Part shown: piece by piece, positions 19,911-29,512 of the stretch
Layout: each line of letters starts with the position of its first letter
Numbering within the stretch: the stretch's first letter is position 1
The notes under the pieces: model-generated
The model's database searches: none
What the model was told of the DNA's origin: nothing
What the model saw: the letters and a program-made list of their open reading frames with translations, nothing else
Position numbers and translations under genes: made by a program
Source of the DNA: Eubacteriales bacterium
GTDB lineage: Bacteria; Bacillota; Clostridia; Oscillospirales; UBA644
Direction: 5' to 3'
NCBI GenBank assembly: GCA_045543655.1
Contig: JAZPXN010000068.1
Span: 19,407 to 83,406 of the forward strand
DNA length: 64,000 nt

Positions 19911-19948
19911 GAAAACGTCCGAAGATCGTTCGGACGTTTTCTTTTTTT
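19911..19948 (+). terminator. Terminator of the tRNA transcript
   Basis: GAAAACGTCCGAA-gatcg-TTCGGACGTTTTC followed by T7. Confidence 0.85.
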
Positions 19949-19973
19949 CGTCTATTTAACCGTATCTGTAAAA

Positions 19974-20008
19974 GAGAGCCTCCGCAGAAATGATCTGCAG
20001 AGGCTCTC
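19974..20008 (-). terminator. Terminator of the activase operon
   Basis: GAGAGCCTC...GAGGCTCTC stem just after the stop at 20015. Confidence 0.65.
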
Positions 20009-20014
20009 GTTATT

Positions 20015-23000
20015 TTAAGAACCGGATTTCAGGTTCTCTTTTGCGGCGGAAAGCATAAGCTTGATGCGGTTCAGCTGATTAACTTCGCTGGCACCGGGGT
20101 CATAGTCCACGGCGGCGATGTTTGCCTGGGGGTATAGACTTTTTAGCTTCTTAATGGCCCCCTTCCCCACCACGTGATTGGGAAGACAGGCAAAGGGCTG
20201 AATACACACGATATTCGGCGTTCCGTGGGTGATCAATTCCACCATCTCCCCCGTCAGAAGCCAGCCTTCCCCGTATCGGTTTCCGAGGGAAAGAATGGGC
20301 TTCGCCATTTCCGCAATCTCATCAATAGACACGGGCACGTCAAAGCGTCGGCTCTTTTTCAGCGCGTCTATGGCAGGCTTGCGGATCAACGAGATCAGGT
20401 TGATGGCAGCGCGGGAGCCGATCACTCCAACGTAAGGAGTTCCGTAATTCTTATTCTTATAGGAAGCGCTATAGAAGCTGTAATTCAAAAAGTCAATGAA
20501 ATCCGGAACCACGGCCTCCGCCCCCTCCCGTTCCAGAAGCTCGACGAGATGGTTGTTGGCAAGGGGCATATATTTGACCAGAATCTCTCCTACGATCCCA
20601 ACGCGGGGCTTTTTCAGCGCTTCGTCGAGGGGGAGAGTATCGAATTCCGATACGATATCGGAACAAACACGGCTGTAGGACCGGCGAGAACCGGGAACGG
20701 TCAGAGATTCAATGCAAATTTTCGTCCACTTTTCAAGAAGCTCGTTTGCCGAGCCCGGGGTAATCTCATAAGGACGAACCCGATACAGACAGCGCATCAG
20801 CAGATCCCCGTAGACCAAGGCGCGAGCGGCATCTTTTACAAAGTTCAGAGACAGCCCGAAGCCTTCGTTCGTCTCCATTCCGTTAACGTTCAGGGAAATG
20901 ACGGGTATATGGGAATACCCCGCCTTATCCAGAGCGCGTCGAATAAAGCTTACGTAATTGGAGGCGCGGCAACAACCGCCCGTCTGGGTCATAATAATGG
21001 CCAGCTTGTCGGTGTCGTACCGACCGGAAGTCACCGCTTCCATAAACTGCCCCACAATGGTAATCGACGGGAAACAAGCGTCGTTATTAACGTATTTCAG
21101 GCCGATATCGATGGCGGTCCGGTTATCGTTGTCCAGAATCTCAAAATTATAACCGTATTTGCGGAACACCGGCTCCAGAATATTGAAATGGATGGGAAGC
21201 ATCTGCGGGCCGAGAATCGTATACCCTTCCCGACGCATGGATTCGGTAAATTCCGCACGGTGATATACGTCGGGCTTAGGCCGGGCGACGATTCCCTGTT
21301 CCCGGCGCATTCGCATTGCAGCCATCAGACTGCGAAGCCGAATCCGCACGGCGCCGAGATTGTTTACCTCGTCGATCTTCAGAACGGTATAAAGCTTATT
21401 GCTTCCCTCCAGAATTTCGCTGACCTGATCGGCGGTAACCGCATCCAGGCCGCATCCGAAGGAATTCAACTGAATCAGCTCCAGGTCGTTACGCCCCCGG
21501 ACGAATTCCGCCGCGGCGTACAGTCTGGAATGGTAAACCCATTGGTCCACGACCCGCAAAGGACGCTCCGGCGCAAGGTCTACGGGAAGACAGTCCTCCG
21601 TAAATACGGTAAACCCGTAGGAGGTAATCAATTCCGGAATGCCGTGATTGATCTCCGGATCCACGTGGTAAGGACGGCCGGCAAGGACGATCCCCGTTCC
21701 GTGCAGTTCTTCCATTTCCCGGAGCACTCGTGCGCCTTCGGCACGAATATCGGCCCGGGCAGCCTGCTGCTCTTTCCATGCGAGAGATGCGGCAATGCGA
21801 GTCTCTTTCTCCGAAATACCCCACTCCTCCGAACAAAGGCGAACCAAGCGATTTTCCGCGCTTTTCTCGCTCTTAAAGGCCATAAACGGACGAATCAGAC
21901 GAACCGTGCCGGCGGTAATGGCTTCCACGTTGTTTTTGATATTTTCGGGATAAGAACAGACGATGGGACAATTGTAACGATTCTGAGCCGTTTCGATCTC
22001 CTTGTGCTCGTAGTATACGCAGGGATAAAAGATCGTTTCGATGCCTTGATCAATCAACCATTGTACGTGACCGTGGGCCAGTTTTGCGGGGTAGCACTCA
22101 GATTCCGACGGGATGGAATCCATTCCCCGCTCGTACAACCTTCGATCTGACCGGGGAGAAAGAATCACCCGGAAGCCGAGAGCCTTGAAGAAGGTGGCCC
22201 AATAGGGATAATTCTCATACATATTCAGGACGCGGGGGATGCCGATCACGCCCCGGGGGGCGTCCTTTTGCTCCAGCGGAGGATAAGCAAACATCCGATT
22301 CCGTTTGTATTCCATCATATTCGGCGCAACCTTCCGTCCGGCGGGGTTGCCGAGCCCTTTTTCACAACGGTTCCCCGTGATATGACTCCGGTTTCCGGAA
22401 AAACGGTTGACCGTAAGCATACAGTTGTTGGGACATCCCCCACACCGGCGACTCTTGGAGGTATAGGTAAGGTTTACAATCTCGTCCAGCGCGAGCATGG
22501 TCGAGGGCTGACCGTGATAACGGTTTTTCGCAATCAGCGCCGCACCGAAGGCTCCCATCAATCCGGAAATATCGGGACAAACGGCCTGAACGCCGGCAAC
22601 CTTCTCAAAAGCGCGCAGAACGGCACGATTATAAAACGTTCCGCCCTGAACGACGATCTTACGGCCGAGATCTGCCGCATCGGCAAGCTTAATCACCTTG
22701 AAGATCGCATTTTTAATCACGGAATACGCAAGTCCGGCCGAGATATCCGAAACGTCCGCCCCTTCCTTTTGCGCCTGCTTTACGTTGGAATTCATAAAGA
22801 CGGTGCAACGGGTACCAAGATCCACGGGATGCTTTGCAAAAATAGCCTTTTCCGCGAACTCCGGCGCGGTATAACTAAGGGAATTCGCAAAGTTTTCAAG
22901 AAACGAGCCGCACCCCGAGGAACAGGCCTCGTTGAGAAGAATACTGTCAACGGCACCGTTTTTCAGCTTGATGCACTTCATATCCTGGCCGCCGATATCA

Positions 23001-24250
23001 AGAACGCAATCCACGTCTTTTTCAAAAAAACCGGCCGCAGTGCAGTGGGCAATCGTCTCTACCTCGCCCTCGTCAAGGGCGAAGGCCGATTTCAGCAGCG
23101 CTTCTCCGTAACCGGTGGAGCAGGAGCGGACGATCTTTGCCCCGTCGGGCATAATTTCCTTCAGCTCCGCAACGGCCCGGATGGCGGTTTTGACGGGATC
23201 TCCTTGATTGTTGGAATAGAAGGAATGCAACAATTCACCATCAGAGCCTATCAACACCATTTTCGTTGTCGTAGACCCGGCGTCGATTCCGAGAAAGCAG
23301 TCCCCCTGATAAGACGAAAGTTCTCCTTTCGGAACGACCGCCTTGCGGTGCCGCTCCAAAAAAGCGTCGTATTCCTTTTGATCCGAAAACAAAGGATCCA
23401 ACCGAGGCATTTCGAAAGAAACCTTAACGCCCCGGGTAAGAGTCTTCTCCAGATCCGATACCGGAACAGCATTGCCGTCCCGTGCCCCCAGAGCGGCGCC
23501 CATTGCAGCAAAGAGATGGGAATTTTCCGGGTCAACCACCCGATCCGGAGTCAGATTCAAGGTTCGGACGAAGGCCTTCTTCAGTTCCGGCATGAAATGA
23601 AGCGGACCGCCGAGAAACGCAACGCACCCCCGGATGGGTTTCCCGCAGGCAAGACCGGAAATCGTTTGATTGACCACGGCCTGAAAAATAGACGCGGCAA
23701 GATCTTCCGTGCTGGCTCCCTCGTTGATCAGAGGCTGAATATCCGTTTTCGCAAAAACTCCGCAACGGGCCGCAATGGGATAGATCTCGCGATAATTCTC
23801 CGCAGCTCGGTTCAGTCCTTCCGCATCGGTCTGCAGGAGCGCCGCCATCTGATCGATAAAAGCACCCGTACCGCCGGCGCAGACACCGTTCATACGCTCT
23901 TCCAAGCCGCCAGTGAAATAAATGATCTTCGCGTCTTCCCCACCCAACTCAATTGCAACGTCGGTTTGAGGAGCAACGTCCTTCAATGCGGCAGCAACGG
24001 CAACCACTTCCTGCACGAATTCCAGATTCAGCGCTTTTGCAAGATTGATGGACCCGGACCCGGTGATCCGGATTCGCAGGGAACATTCTCCCAGTTCCGC
24101 TGCCGCTTCACGCAATAATTCCGCCAGCGTTTCCTGAGTATGGGCACAATGTCTTCTGTATTTTCCGTATAAAATCCGATCGCAATCGTCCAACACCACA
24201 AGCTTGACGGTAGTAGAACCGATGTCGATCCCGGCGCGATATTCTTTCAA
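20015..24250 (-). CDS. 2-hydroxyacyl-CoA dehydratase activase-related fusion protein (two ASKHA/BadF ATPase domains, DUF2229-like and dehydratase-like domains)
   Basis: GIDIGSTTVK, MNGVCAGGTG, GIDAGSTTTK, NEACSSGCG, CGGCPNNC, ECYPAK, SFGCGLD, NNDACFP, QPFACLPNH. TTG start follows GGAGG. Confidence 0.88.
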   Translation of the reverse strand: MKEYRAGIDIGSTTVKLVVLDDCDRILYGKYRRHCAHTQETLAELLREAAAELGECSLRIRITGSGSINLAKALNLEFVQEVVAVAAALKDVAPQTDVAIELGGEDAKIIYFTGGLEERMNGVCAGGTGAFIDQMAALLQTDAEGLNRAAENYREIYPIAARCGVFAKTDIQPLINEGASTEDLAASIFQAVVNQTISGLACGKPIRGCVAFLGGPLHFMPELKKAFVRTLNLTPDRVVDPENSHLFAAMGAALGARDGNAVPVSDLEKTLTRGVKVSFEMPRLDPLFSDQKEYDAFLERHRKAVVPKGELSSYQGDCFLGIDAGSTTTKMVLIGSDGELLHSFYSNNQGDPVKTAIRAVAELKEIMPDGAKIVRSCSTGYGEALLKSAFALDEGEVETIAHCTAAGFFEKDVDCVLDIGGQDMKCIKLKNGAVDSILLNEACSSGCGSFLENFANSLSYTAPEFAEKAIFAKHPVDLGTRCTVFMNSNVKQAQKEGADVSDISAGLAYSVIKNAIFKVIKLADAADLGRKIVVQGGTFYNRAVLRAFEKVAGVQAVCPDISGLMGAFGAALIAKNRYHGQPSTMLALDEIVNLTYTSKSRRCGGCPNNCMLTVNRFSGNRSHITGNRCEKGLGNPAGRKVAPNMMEYKRNRMFAYPPLEQKDAPRGVIGIPRVLNMYENYPYWATFFKALGFRVILSPRSDRRLYERGMDSIPSESECYPAKLAHGHVQWLIDQGIETIFYPCVYYEHKEIETAQNRYNCPIVCSYPENIKNNVEAITAGTVRLIRPFMAFKSEKSAENRLVRLCSEEWGISEKETRIAASLAWKEQQAARADIRAEGARVLREMEELHGTGIVLAGRPYHVDPEINHGIPELITSYGFTVFTEDCLPVDLAPERPLRVVDQWVYHSRLYAAAEFVRGRNDLELIQLNSFGCGLDAVTADQVSEILEGSNKLYTVLKIDEVNNLGAVRIRLRSLMAAMRMRREQGIVARPKPDVYHRAEFTESMRREGYTILGPQMLPIHFNILEPVFRKYGYNFEILDNDNRTAIDIGLKYVNNDACFPSITIVGQFMEAVTSGRYDTDKLAIIMTQTGGCCRASNYVSFIRRALDKAGYSHIPVISLNVNGMETNEGFGLSLNFVKDAARALVYGDLLMRCLYRVRPYEITPGSANELLEKWTKICIESLTVPGSRRSYSRVCSDIVSEFDTLPLDEALKKPRVGIVGEILVKYMPLANNHLVELLEREGAEAVVPDFIDFLNYSFYSASYKNKNYGTPYVGVIGSRAAINLISLIRKPAIDALKKSRRFDVPVSIDEIAEMAKPILSLGNRYGEGWLLTGEMVELITHGTPNIVCIQPFACLPNHVVGKGAIKKLKSLYPQANIAAVDYDPGASEVNQLNRIKLMLSAAKENLKSGS

Positions 24251-24312
24251 AACGATTTCCTCCGATTTTGGAACGGGCAATATGGGACCGGTACGATATA
24301 CCGGCCCTCAGA

Positions 24313-24936
24313 TTAAACTTTTTTTGACTTAAACGAGAATTTTGATTCAGTGCCATTAGCCAGTCGCTTGAAATTTTCCCAATGACGAACCGCCATAAAC
24401 ACGCAGCACCCCGCCGTCAGCAGGATCACCGGCAAGGACGCCCCGAAGGGAATCAATAACAAGGGGCACAAAAGCATCGCAGTCACGGTGGAAAGTGACA
24501 TATACTTCGTCGTAAGCAACAAAATACACATCACCGCCGTAGCGATCAGACCGACCCGCCAATCAATAACGTACATGGCGGAAAGACAAACGAGAAAGCC
24601 CTTTCCCCCTCTAAACTTATACTGAACGGGAAAAGCGTGCCCAAGCATACAGAACAGTGTGGTATAGGCGGCGCCGAGCTGGAAAGAGCCCTGCCAGAGA
24701 TCGAAAAGCCACGCAAATAGGCCTACCACGACCGCAGATTTCAGCAGATCAAGAAAAAAGACCCACCAGGCCCACTTGTTTCCGAAGGTTCGCTTAAAAT
24801 TCGTAAACCCCGGATTCCCGCTCCCGCATTCCCGAATATCCCGGTGATAAATCATCTTCGACAGGATAATGGCGGGATTTGCCCCGGCCACGAGATAGCC
24901 GCAAATCGCCGCAGCGATCCATAAAAGCGCAATCAT
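24313..24936 (-). CDS. plsY: Acyl-phosphate glycerol-3-phosphate acyltransferase PlsY (divergent copy)
   Basis: GSGNPGFTN, DLLK, GHAFP..FRGGKG, HWENFKRL..GTE. Confidence 0.88.
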   Translation of the reverse strand: MIALLWIAAAICGYLVAGANPAIILSKMIYHRDIRECGSGNPGFTNFKRTFGNKWAWWVFFLDLLKSAVVVGLFAWLFDLWQGSFQLGAAYTTLFCMLGHAFPVQYKFRGGKGFLVCLSAMYVIDWRVGLIATAVMCILLLTTKYMSLSTVTAMLLCPLLLIPFGASLPVILLTAGCCVFMAVRHWENFKRLANGTESKFSFKSKKV

Positions 24937-24948
24937 ACGTTCCTCCGC

Positions 24949-26574
24949 TTATTCAATAACGACGATATAATCGTATACGTCCTGACCGCCGTCAAGAATA
25001 TAAACCTCTTTTCCGCGGTAGTTGTCCTCGATATATTTCAGAAGCCGTCCGGATTCCTCGTCAGAGGCGTCTTTTCCGCAAAATACGATGCAGATATCCC
25101 GCCGGGAAAATCCTGCGTGCTCTACGGTGTTGCAAAGGACCTCAAACCGATCTTTGCCCACAGACAGGAGACGTTTCCCCATAAAACCGATATAATCTCC
25201 GGAATGCAATTCCGTTCCGTCAATCACGGCATCACGGACGCAATGGGAGATCTCCGCCGTAATCACGCCGTCCATGGCATCGGTCAATTCTTCGGCAATC
25301 ACATCCGCATCCTCCGAATTGGGGTCGAACATCGCCAACGACGAATAACCGGCGCCTATCGAGGTGCTTGGAATGACCCGGACGTCGGATTTCTCGTAAA
25401 GCCGCGCCGCCTGTTCCGCGGTAAGCACGATATTCCCGTTATTGGGATAAACGAAAATCACGTCCGCGTTGACCCGATCAAAAGCAGAAATAAAATCCTC
25501 TGCTGAGGGATTCATACATTGACCGCCGTCCACGATAACGTCGGCACCGCGATCGAGAAAAATTTGCTTCAGTCCCTCCCCGGAAGCCACGGCAACTACG
25601 CCGAATTTCTTTCGCGCCTGCTCGGCAGAAGCTTCTTTTTCGGACTCGGCACGATTGTGCTGAAGGGACATGTTTTCAATTTTAACCGTCAGATATTCGC
25701 CGTATTTTTGGCAAAATTCCAATACCTTATAAGGAGTTTCGGTGTGCACGTGAATCTTCACGATACTGCCGTTTCGTACTGCAACTACGGAATCACCGAC
25801 GGTCTGCAAGAAATCAGAAATAACGGATACGTCAAAGGAATCAAGATCGGTCTTCTTCCACTGAAGACGAAGAAGAAGCTCCGTGCAATAACCGTATTCG
25901 AGGACGCTGTACTCGTCAAAGGCATTCAGATCGATCTCCGCCGTTTGCTTTTCTTCCTCGGAAAAATCCGGTTCCTTCCCCCGAAGGGACATCAGCATCC
26001 CCTCCACGATGCAGACGAGCCCGGCACCGCCGGAATCCACCACGCCTGCTTTTTTCAGCACCGGCAACAGATCGGGCGTGCGCTCAAGGGACCGTCCGGC
26101 TTCGTCAAGAAATGCTTCCAGAAACGCCTCGGGCGTATCGGCATTGCTGGCACACGCGTATTCCGTCGCTTCCCGAATCACGGTCAGGATCGTCCCTTCC
26201 GTGGGCGTCATCACCGATGCGTAAGCGTAAGAGACCCCCTGGCGAAACGCTTCTCCGATCGCACGGCAGTCTGCGTCGTCCAAAGCCGCAAAGCCCTGCT
26301 TGATCCCTTCGAAGAACTGGGAAAGAATTACGCCGGAATTCCCCCGGGCAGACATCAGCATCCCCCGGGCAACCGCATCGGATTCGACGGAAAGAGACGG
26401 GGCGTCTCCATCGGAATGAAGCCCCCCCATCACCGTCATCAGCATATTATCGCCCGTATCTCCGTCTGGAATGGGGAATACGTTCAGATCGTCAATCTCC
26501 TTCGCGTGGGCTTTCAGATTTGCCGCACCCCCACGAATCATTCCGGCATAAGAAATACCGTCTAACGTTTTCAT
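24949..26574 (-). CDS. DAK2-domain fatty acid kinase subunit (FakA/YloV family)
   Basis: LNVFPIPDGDTGDNM, ARGNSGVILSQ, GVVDSGG, YGYCTE, KIHVHT, GGQCMNPS. Confidence 0.9.
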   Translation of the reverse strand: MKTLDGISYAGMIRGGAANLKAHAKEIDDLNVFPIPDGDTGDNMLMTVMGGLHSDGDAPSLSVESDAVARGMLMSARGNSGVILSQFFEGIKQGFAALDDADCRAIGEAFRQGVSYAYASVMTPTEGTILTVIREATEYACASNADTPEAFLEAFLDEAGRSLERTPDLLPVLKKAGVVDSGGAGLVCIVEGMLMSLRGKEPDFSEEEKQTAEIDLNAFDEYSVLEYGYCTELLLRLQWKKTDLDSFDVSVISDFLQTVGDSVVAVRNGSIVKIHVHTETPYKVLEFCQKYGEYLTVKIENMSLQHNRAESEKEASAEQARKKFGVVAVASGEGLKQIFLDRGADVIVDGGQCMNPSAEDFISAFDRVNADVIFVYPNNGNIVLTAEQAARLYEKSDVRVIPSTSIGAGYSSLAMFDPNSEDADVIAEELTDAMDGVITAEISHCVRDAVIDGTELHSGDYIGFMGKRLLSVGKDRFEVLCNTVEHAGFSRRDICIVFCGKDASDEESGRLLKYIEDNYRGKEVYILDGGQDVYDYIVVIE

Positions 26575-26581
26575 GATTCAA

Positions 26582-27475
26582 TCAAACTCCTGCACTGAAG
26601 GTTACCGATTCGCCAAAAGCCCAGACCCCAATGGTGTCAGGTCCGACGGAGGCCCCGATGATAGGACCAATAAAGCCGATTTCCACGTCACGGCAAGGGA
26701 TTTCACTCCGGACGGTCTCCGCAAGCGCACGGACCTCGTCGGCATCGCAATCGGCGTGAAGCAGATAGACCGTTTGATTTTCGGCATCGGTAATGGAGGA
26801 TTTCAGCAAAGTCACGATCTCATCCAGGGATTTCTGTCTCCCCTTCACCTTCTTATAGGCGGCCTGATATCCTTCCGCATCCGCAACGAGAATCGGCTTA
26901 ACTCCCATAAGATTCCCCAAAAACGCCGCAGAGGCCTTCACGCGGCCGGCCCGCTTCAGCGCGTCGAGCGAATGAACGGTAGCGTATTCGTTGACCGTTT
27001 TCCGGATCGAAAGTATATATTCCTCGATCTCTTCCGCAGAAGCCCCTTCCCGGGCCTTCTCCGCCGCCTTCATGGCAAGCATCCCCTCGCCGATACTGGC
27101 ATTCAGAGAATCGATGCAGATAATTTTACGGTCGGGATAAGATTCAAGCAATTGCTTTGCCGTTACGAACCCGGTATTGATCGACCCCGTCTGTTTGACG
27201 GAACAAGCGATATAAACGATATCCCGGCCTTCTTCCAGATATTTTCCAAAAACGGTTCGGAATTCTTCCACGGGAACCTGGGCAGTCTTGAATTGAACAC
27301 CCGCCCTCATTTTTTCATAAAAATCATGGACCTCGTCCGCCGTCCAGGTCAGCAACGCCGGACGTTCCTCGCCGTCGAGGATCGTGGACATTTTAACGTA
27401 ATCCACGTCGTATTTCGCAAGCTGTTCCCCGGTCAGATCCGCACAGGAATCGGTAATAATCTTCACGTTGCTCAT
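26582..27475 (-). CDS. DegV-family fatty acid-binding protein (FakB-like)
   Basis: IITDSCADL, KTAQ, IDSLNAS, LKRAGRV, GVKPIL, IGPIIGASVGP. RBS AAGGAG before ATG 27475. Confidence 0.9.
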   Translation of the reverse strand: MSNVKIITDSCADLTGEQLAKYDVDYVKMSTILDGEERPALLTWTADEVHDFYEKMRAGVQFKTAQVPVEEFRTVFGKYLEEGRDIVYIACSVKQTGSINTGFVTAKQLLESYPDRKIICIDSLNASIGEGMLAMKAAEKAREGASAEEIEEYILSIRKTVNEYATVHSLDALKRAGRVKASAAFLGNLMGVKPILVADAEGYQAAYKKVKGRQKSLDEIVTLLKSSITDAENQTVYLLHADCDADEVRALAETVRSEIPCRDVEIGFIGPIIGASVGPDTIGVWAFGESVTFSAGV

Positions 27476-27560
27476 AAAGGATTCTCCTTCAGCGATATTT
27501 AGGTCGCATTCTAACGTAATCGGGCGTAATAATCCCATATTTTTCCGACCTTACACGACT

Positions 27561-27596
27561 ATTATATATTCGTATTCTAAACTGAAACGAAACTCA
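27561..27596 (-). promoter_or_regulatory. Promoter of the degV operon: TATAAT plus a tandem AGTTT direct repeat over the -35 region
   Basis: The minus strand reads TGAGTTTCGTT-TCAGTTTAGAA-tacgaata-TATAAT; there is no TTGACA-like -35. Confidence 0.5.
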
Positions 27597-27643
27597 TCGA
27601 AAAATAGCGTTTTGAAGAATCAAGCTGCACGAAAGACGAATAA

Positions 27644-27666
27644 CGCCGCCCGAAGAACGGGCGGCG
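27644..27666 (-). terminator. Terminator after the histidine kinase gene
   Basis: CGCCGCCCG-aagaa-CGGGCGGCG, followed by TTATT on the minus strand. Confidence 0.65.
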
Positions 27667-27671
27667 CAAGA

Positions 27672-28772
27672 CTATTTTCTGTTCAGAGACTGTTTTTCCG
27701 GCAAGGTAACGGTGAAGGTCGTTACCGCATCCTTGCTTTGCGCGGAGATGCTGCCGCCGTGAAGATCGACCACGCTCTTCACCACGGCAAGACCGATTCC
27801 GTTTCCTTCCGTAGCGTGGGATTCATCCCCCTGATAGAACTTATCGAAGATCCGGTGAATCTTATCCGGAGGGATTTCACTCCCCGTATTGGAGACCGTC
27901 ACGGTGAGAAATCCGCCCCCGCGGACGACGTCGAGCGCCACCGATCCGCCCGGAGGCGTGAATTTGACGGCGTTATCCATAAGATTGATCCAGACGTGAC
28001 GAAGCAGCTCTTCGTTCGCCTCCACGTCAAATTCGTCGAATTCCAGTTGAAGCTCCAGGTCTTTCTTCTCCCATTTTCCCGCAAGAAGCAGCACGCAGGA
28101 GCGGATCTGCTCGGACAGATTAAAGACCGAAACGTCGGTAAGAATGGTTTGATTCGCAATCTTGGTCATATTCAGCACGTTAGACGCCATGTAGGAAAGC
28201 CGGTTCGACTCCTCCTCGATGGCATCAAGATAGATCCGGCGCTGTTCCTCCGTGAGATTTTCTTTTTTCAACAGCTTGGCAAAGCCTGCGATGGAAACGA
28301 TGGGAGTCTTAAATTCATGAGACAGATTGTTGATAAAATCACTCCGGAGAACCTCCGTATTCTCCAACGCCTCCGCCAATTTATTAAAGCTCACGGTAAT
28401 CTCCCTGAAAGCCGGATGATCTCCGATAGGGGCGCCGTATTCAATGCGGGTATCGTAATTCCCGGCGGCAAGGCTGTTCAGACCATTGATAAATTTATTC
28501 ACCGGACGGAGGGGGACTTTACTGAAAAACACGGCGATGACGCCACCGATGATCAGACTGCAAAGGCACATCAGAAGCACGATCGAACCCAGACTCATTT
28601 CATCGATATTTCCGGCAAAAAGACCAAACTTCACCAGAAGATAGACGACGAGCCCCGCAAGACCCAACGCCGCCAAAAGAACGAGAAAGACCACAACGGC
28701 AAGCAGAATCGTCAGGGAAAAACGGTTTTTCTCCTCTTTAAAGTTAATTTTTACGAACTTTACCGGTTTCAT
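27672..28772 (-). CDS. Sensor histidine kinase (2 TM with a short loop, HAMP, HisKA, HATPase; HssS-like)
   Basis: H-box NLSHEFKTP, N-box NLMDNAVKF, F-box IFDKFYQ, G-box GNGIGL. Confidence 0.92.
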   Translation of the reverse strand: MKPVKFVKINFKEEKNRFSLTILLAVVVFLVLLAALGLAGLVVYLLVKFGLFAGNIDEMSLGSIVLLMCLCSLIIGGVIAVFFSKVPLRPVNKFINGLNSLAAGNYDTRIEYGAPIGDHPAFREITVSFNKLAEALENTEVLRSDFINNLSHEFKTPIVSIAGFAKLLKKENLTEEQRRIYLDAIEEESNRLSYMASNVLNMTKIANQTILTDVSVFNLSEQIRSCVLLLAGKWEKKDLELQLEFDEFDVEANEELLRHVWINLMDNAVKFTPPGGSVALDVVRGGGFLTVTVSNTGSEIPPDKIHRIFDKFYQGDESHATEGNGIGLAVVKSVVDLHGGSISAQSKDAVTTFTVTLPEKQSLNRK

Positions 28773-29443
28773 ATTTTTTTCACCGCCTTATACCCCAATC
28801 CACGGACCGATTCGATCGAAAATTCCGGATAACCTTCAATGCGCTTGCGCAAGCGCCCGATGTGAACCGTCACCGTTTCCCAGCCGGTATCGCTTTCCGC
28901 TCCCCAGATCTCGTCCATCAACTGAATACGCGTAAAAATCTTTCCGGGATAGGAAAGCAATTTATAGAGAAGCATAAACTCCTTTTGAGGCAATTCCTGC
29001 ACGCTGTCGCCCCGGGTGACCGTCAAAGAATCGTAATCCAATACTACTTCGCCGACAACGATCCGTCGCTCGGTGGCGATCTTTGCCCGACGCAAAAGTG
29101 CTTTTATGCGATAGAGCATCTCTTCATTGTCGATAGGCTTGGTGATGTAATCGTCGGTTCCCACGGCAAAGCCCTTATGCTTGTCGGAGGGAAGCTGCTT
29201 TGCGGACACCATCAAGATCGGGAGATTATTGTCACTCTCCCGTAAAAGACGGGTAAATTCATAACCGTCCATCTTCGGCATCATCACGTCGAGCACCACC
29301 AGGTCCACGTGCTCCCGATCCATTACCAGAAGGGCGTCTTCCCCATTTTCAGCCGTACTTACGGTGTATCCGGCGTCCTCCAGGACGGCCCGGAGCAGCA
29401 GCCGAATATTTTTATCGTCATCCACAACGAGAATATGAACCAT
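28769..29443 (-). CDS. OmpR-family response regulator (HssR-like)
   Basis: VVDDD, LDVMMP, DDYITKP; winged helix with TVTVHIGRLR and VRGLGY; 4-bp overlap with the kinase gene. Confidence 0.93.
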   Translation of the reverse strand: MVHILVVDDDKNIRLLLRAVLEDAGYTVSTAENGEDALLVMDREHVDLVVLDVMMPKMDGYEFTRLLRESDNNLPILMVSAKQLPSDKHKGFAVGTDDYITKPIDNEEMLYRIKALLRRAKIATERRIVVGEVVLDYDSLTVTRGDSVQELPQKEFMLLYKLLSYPGKIFTRIQLMDEIWGAESDTGWETVTVHIGRLRKRIEGYPEFSIESVRGLGYKAVKKI

Positions 29444-29512
29444 AGAAAACCTCCTGTCAACGTGCGACGTCCCGTCGGAAAGGCGAAAAGCCGGAAACGC
29501 CGACTTTTCGGA

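Noticed and set aside
19974-20008. Similarity between the terminator loops here (GCAGAAATGATCTGC) and at 40951-40985 (GCAATCAGAATGATTAC) as a possible REP-like family
   Set aside because: Only two loosely similar copies, both explained as terminators.
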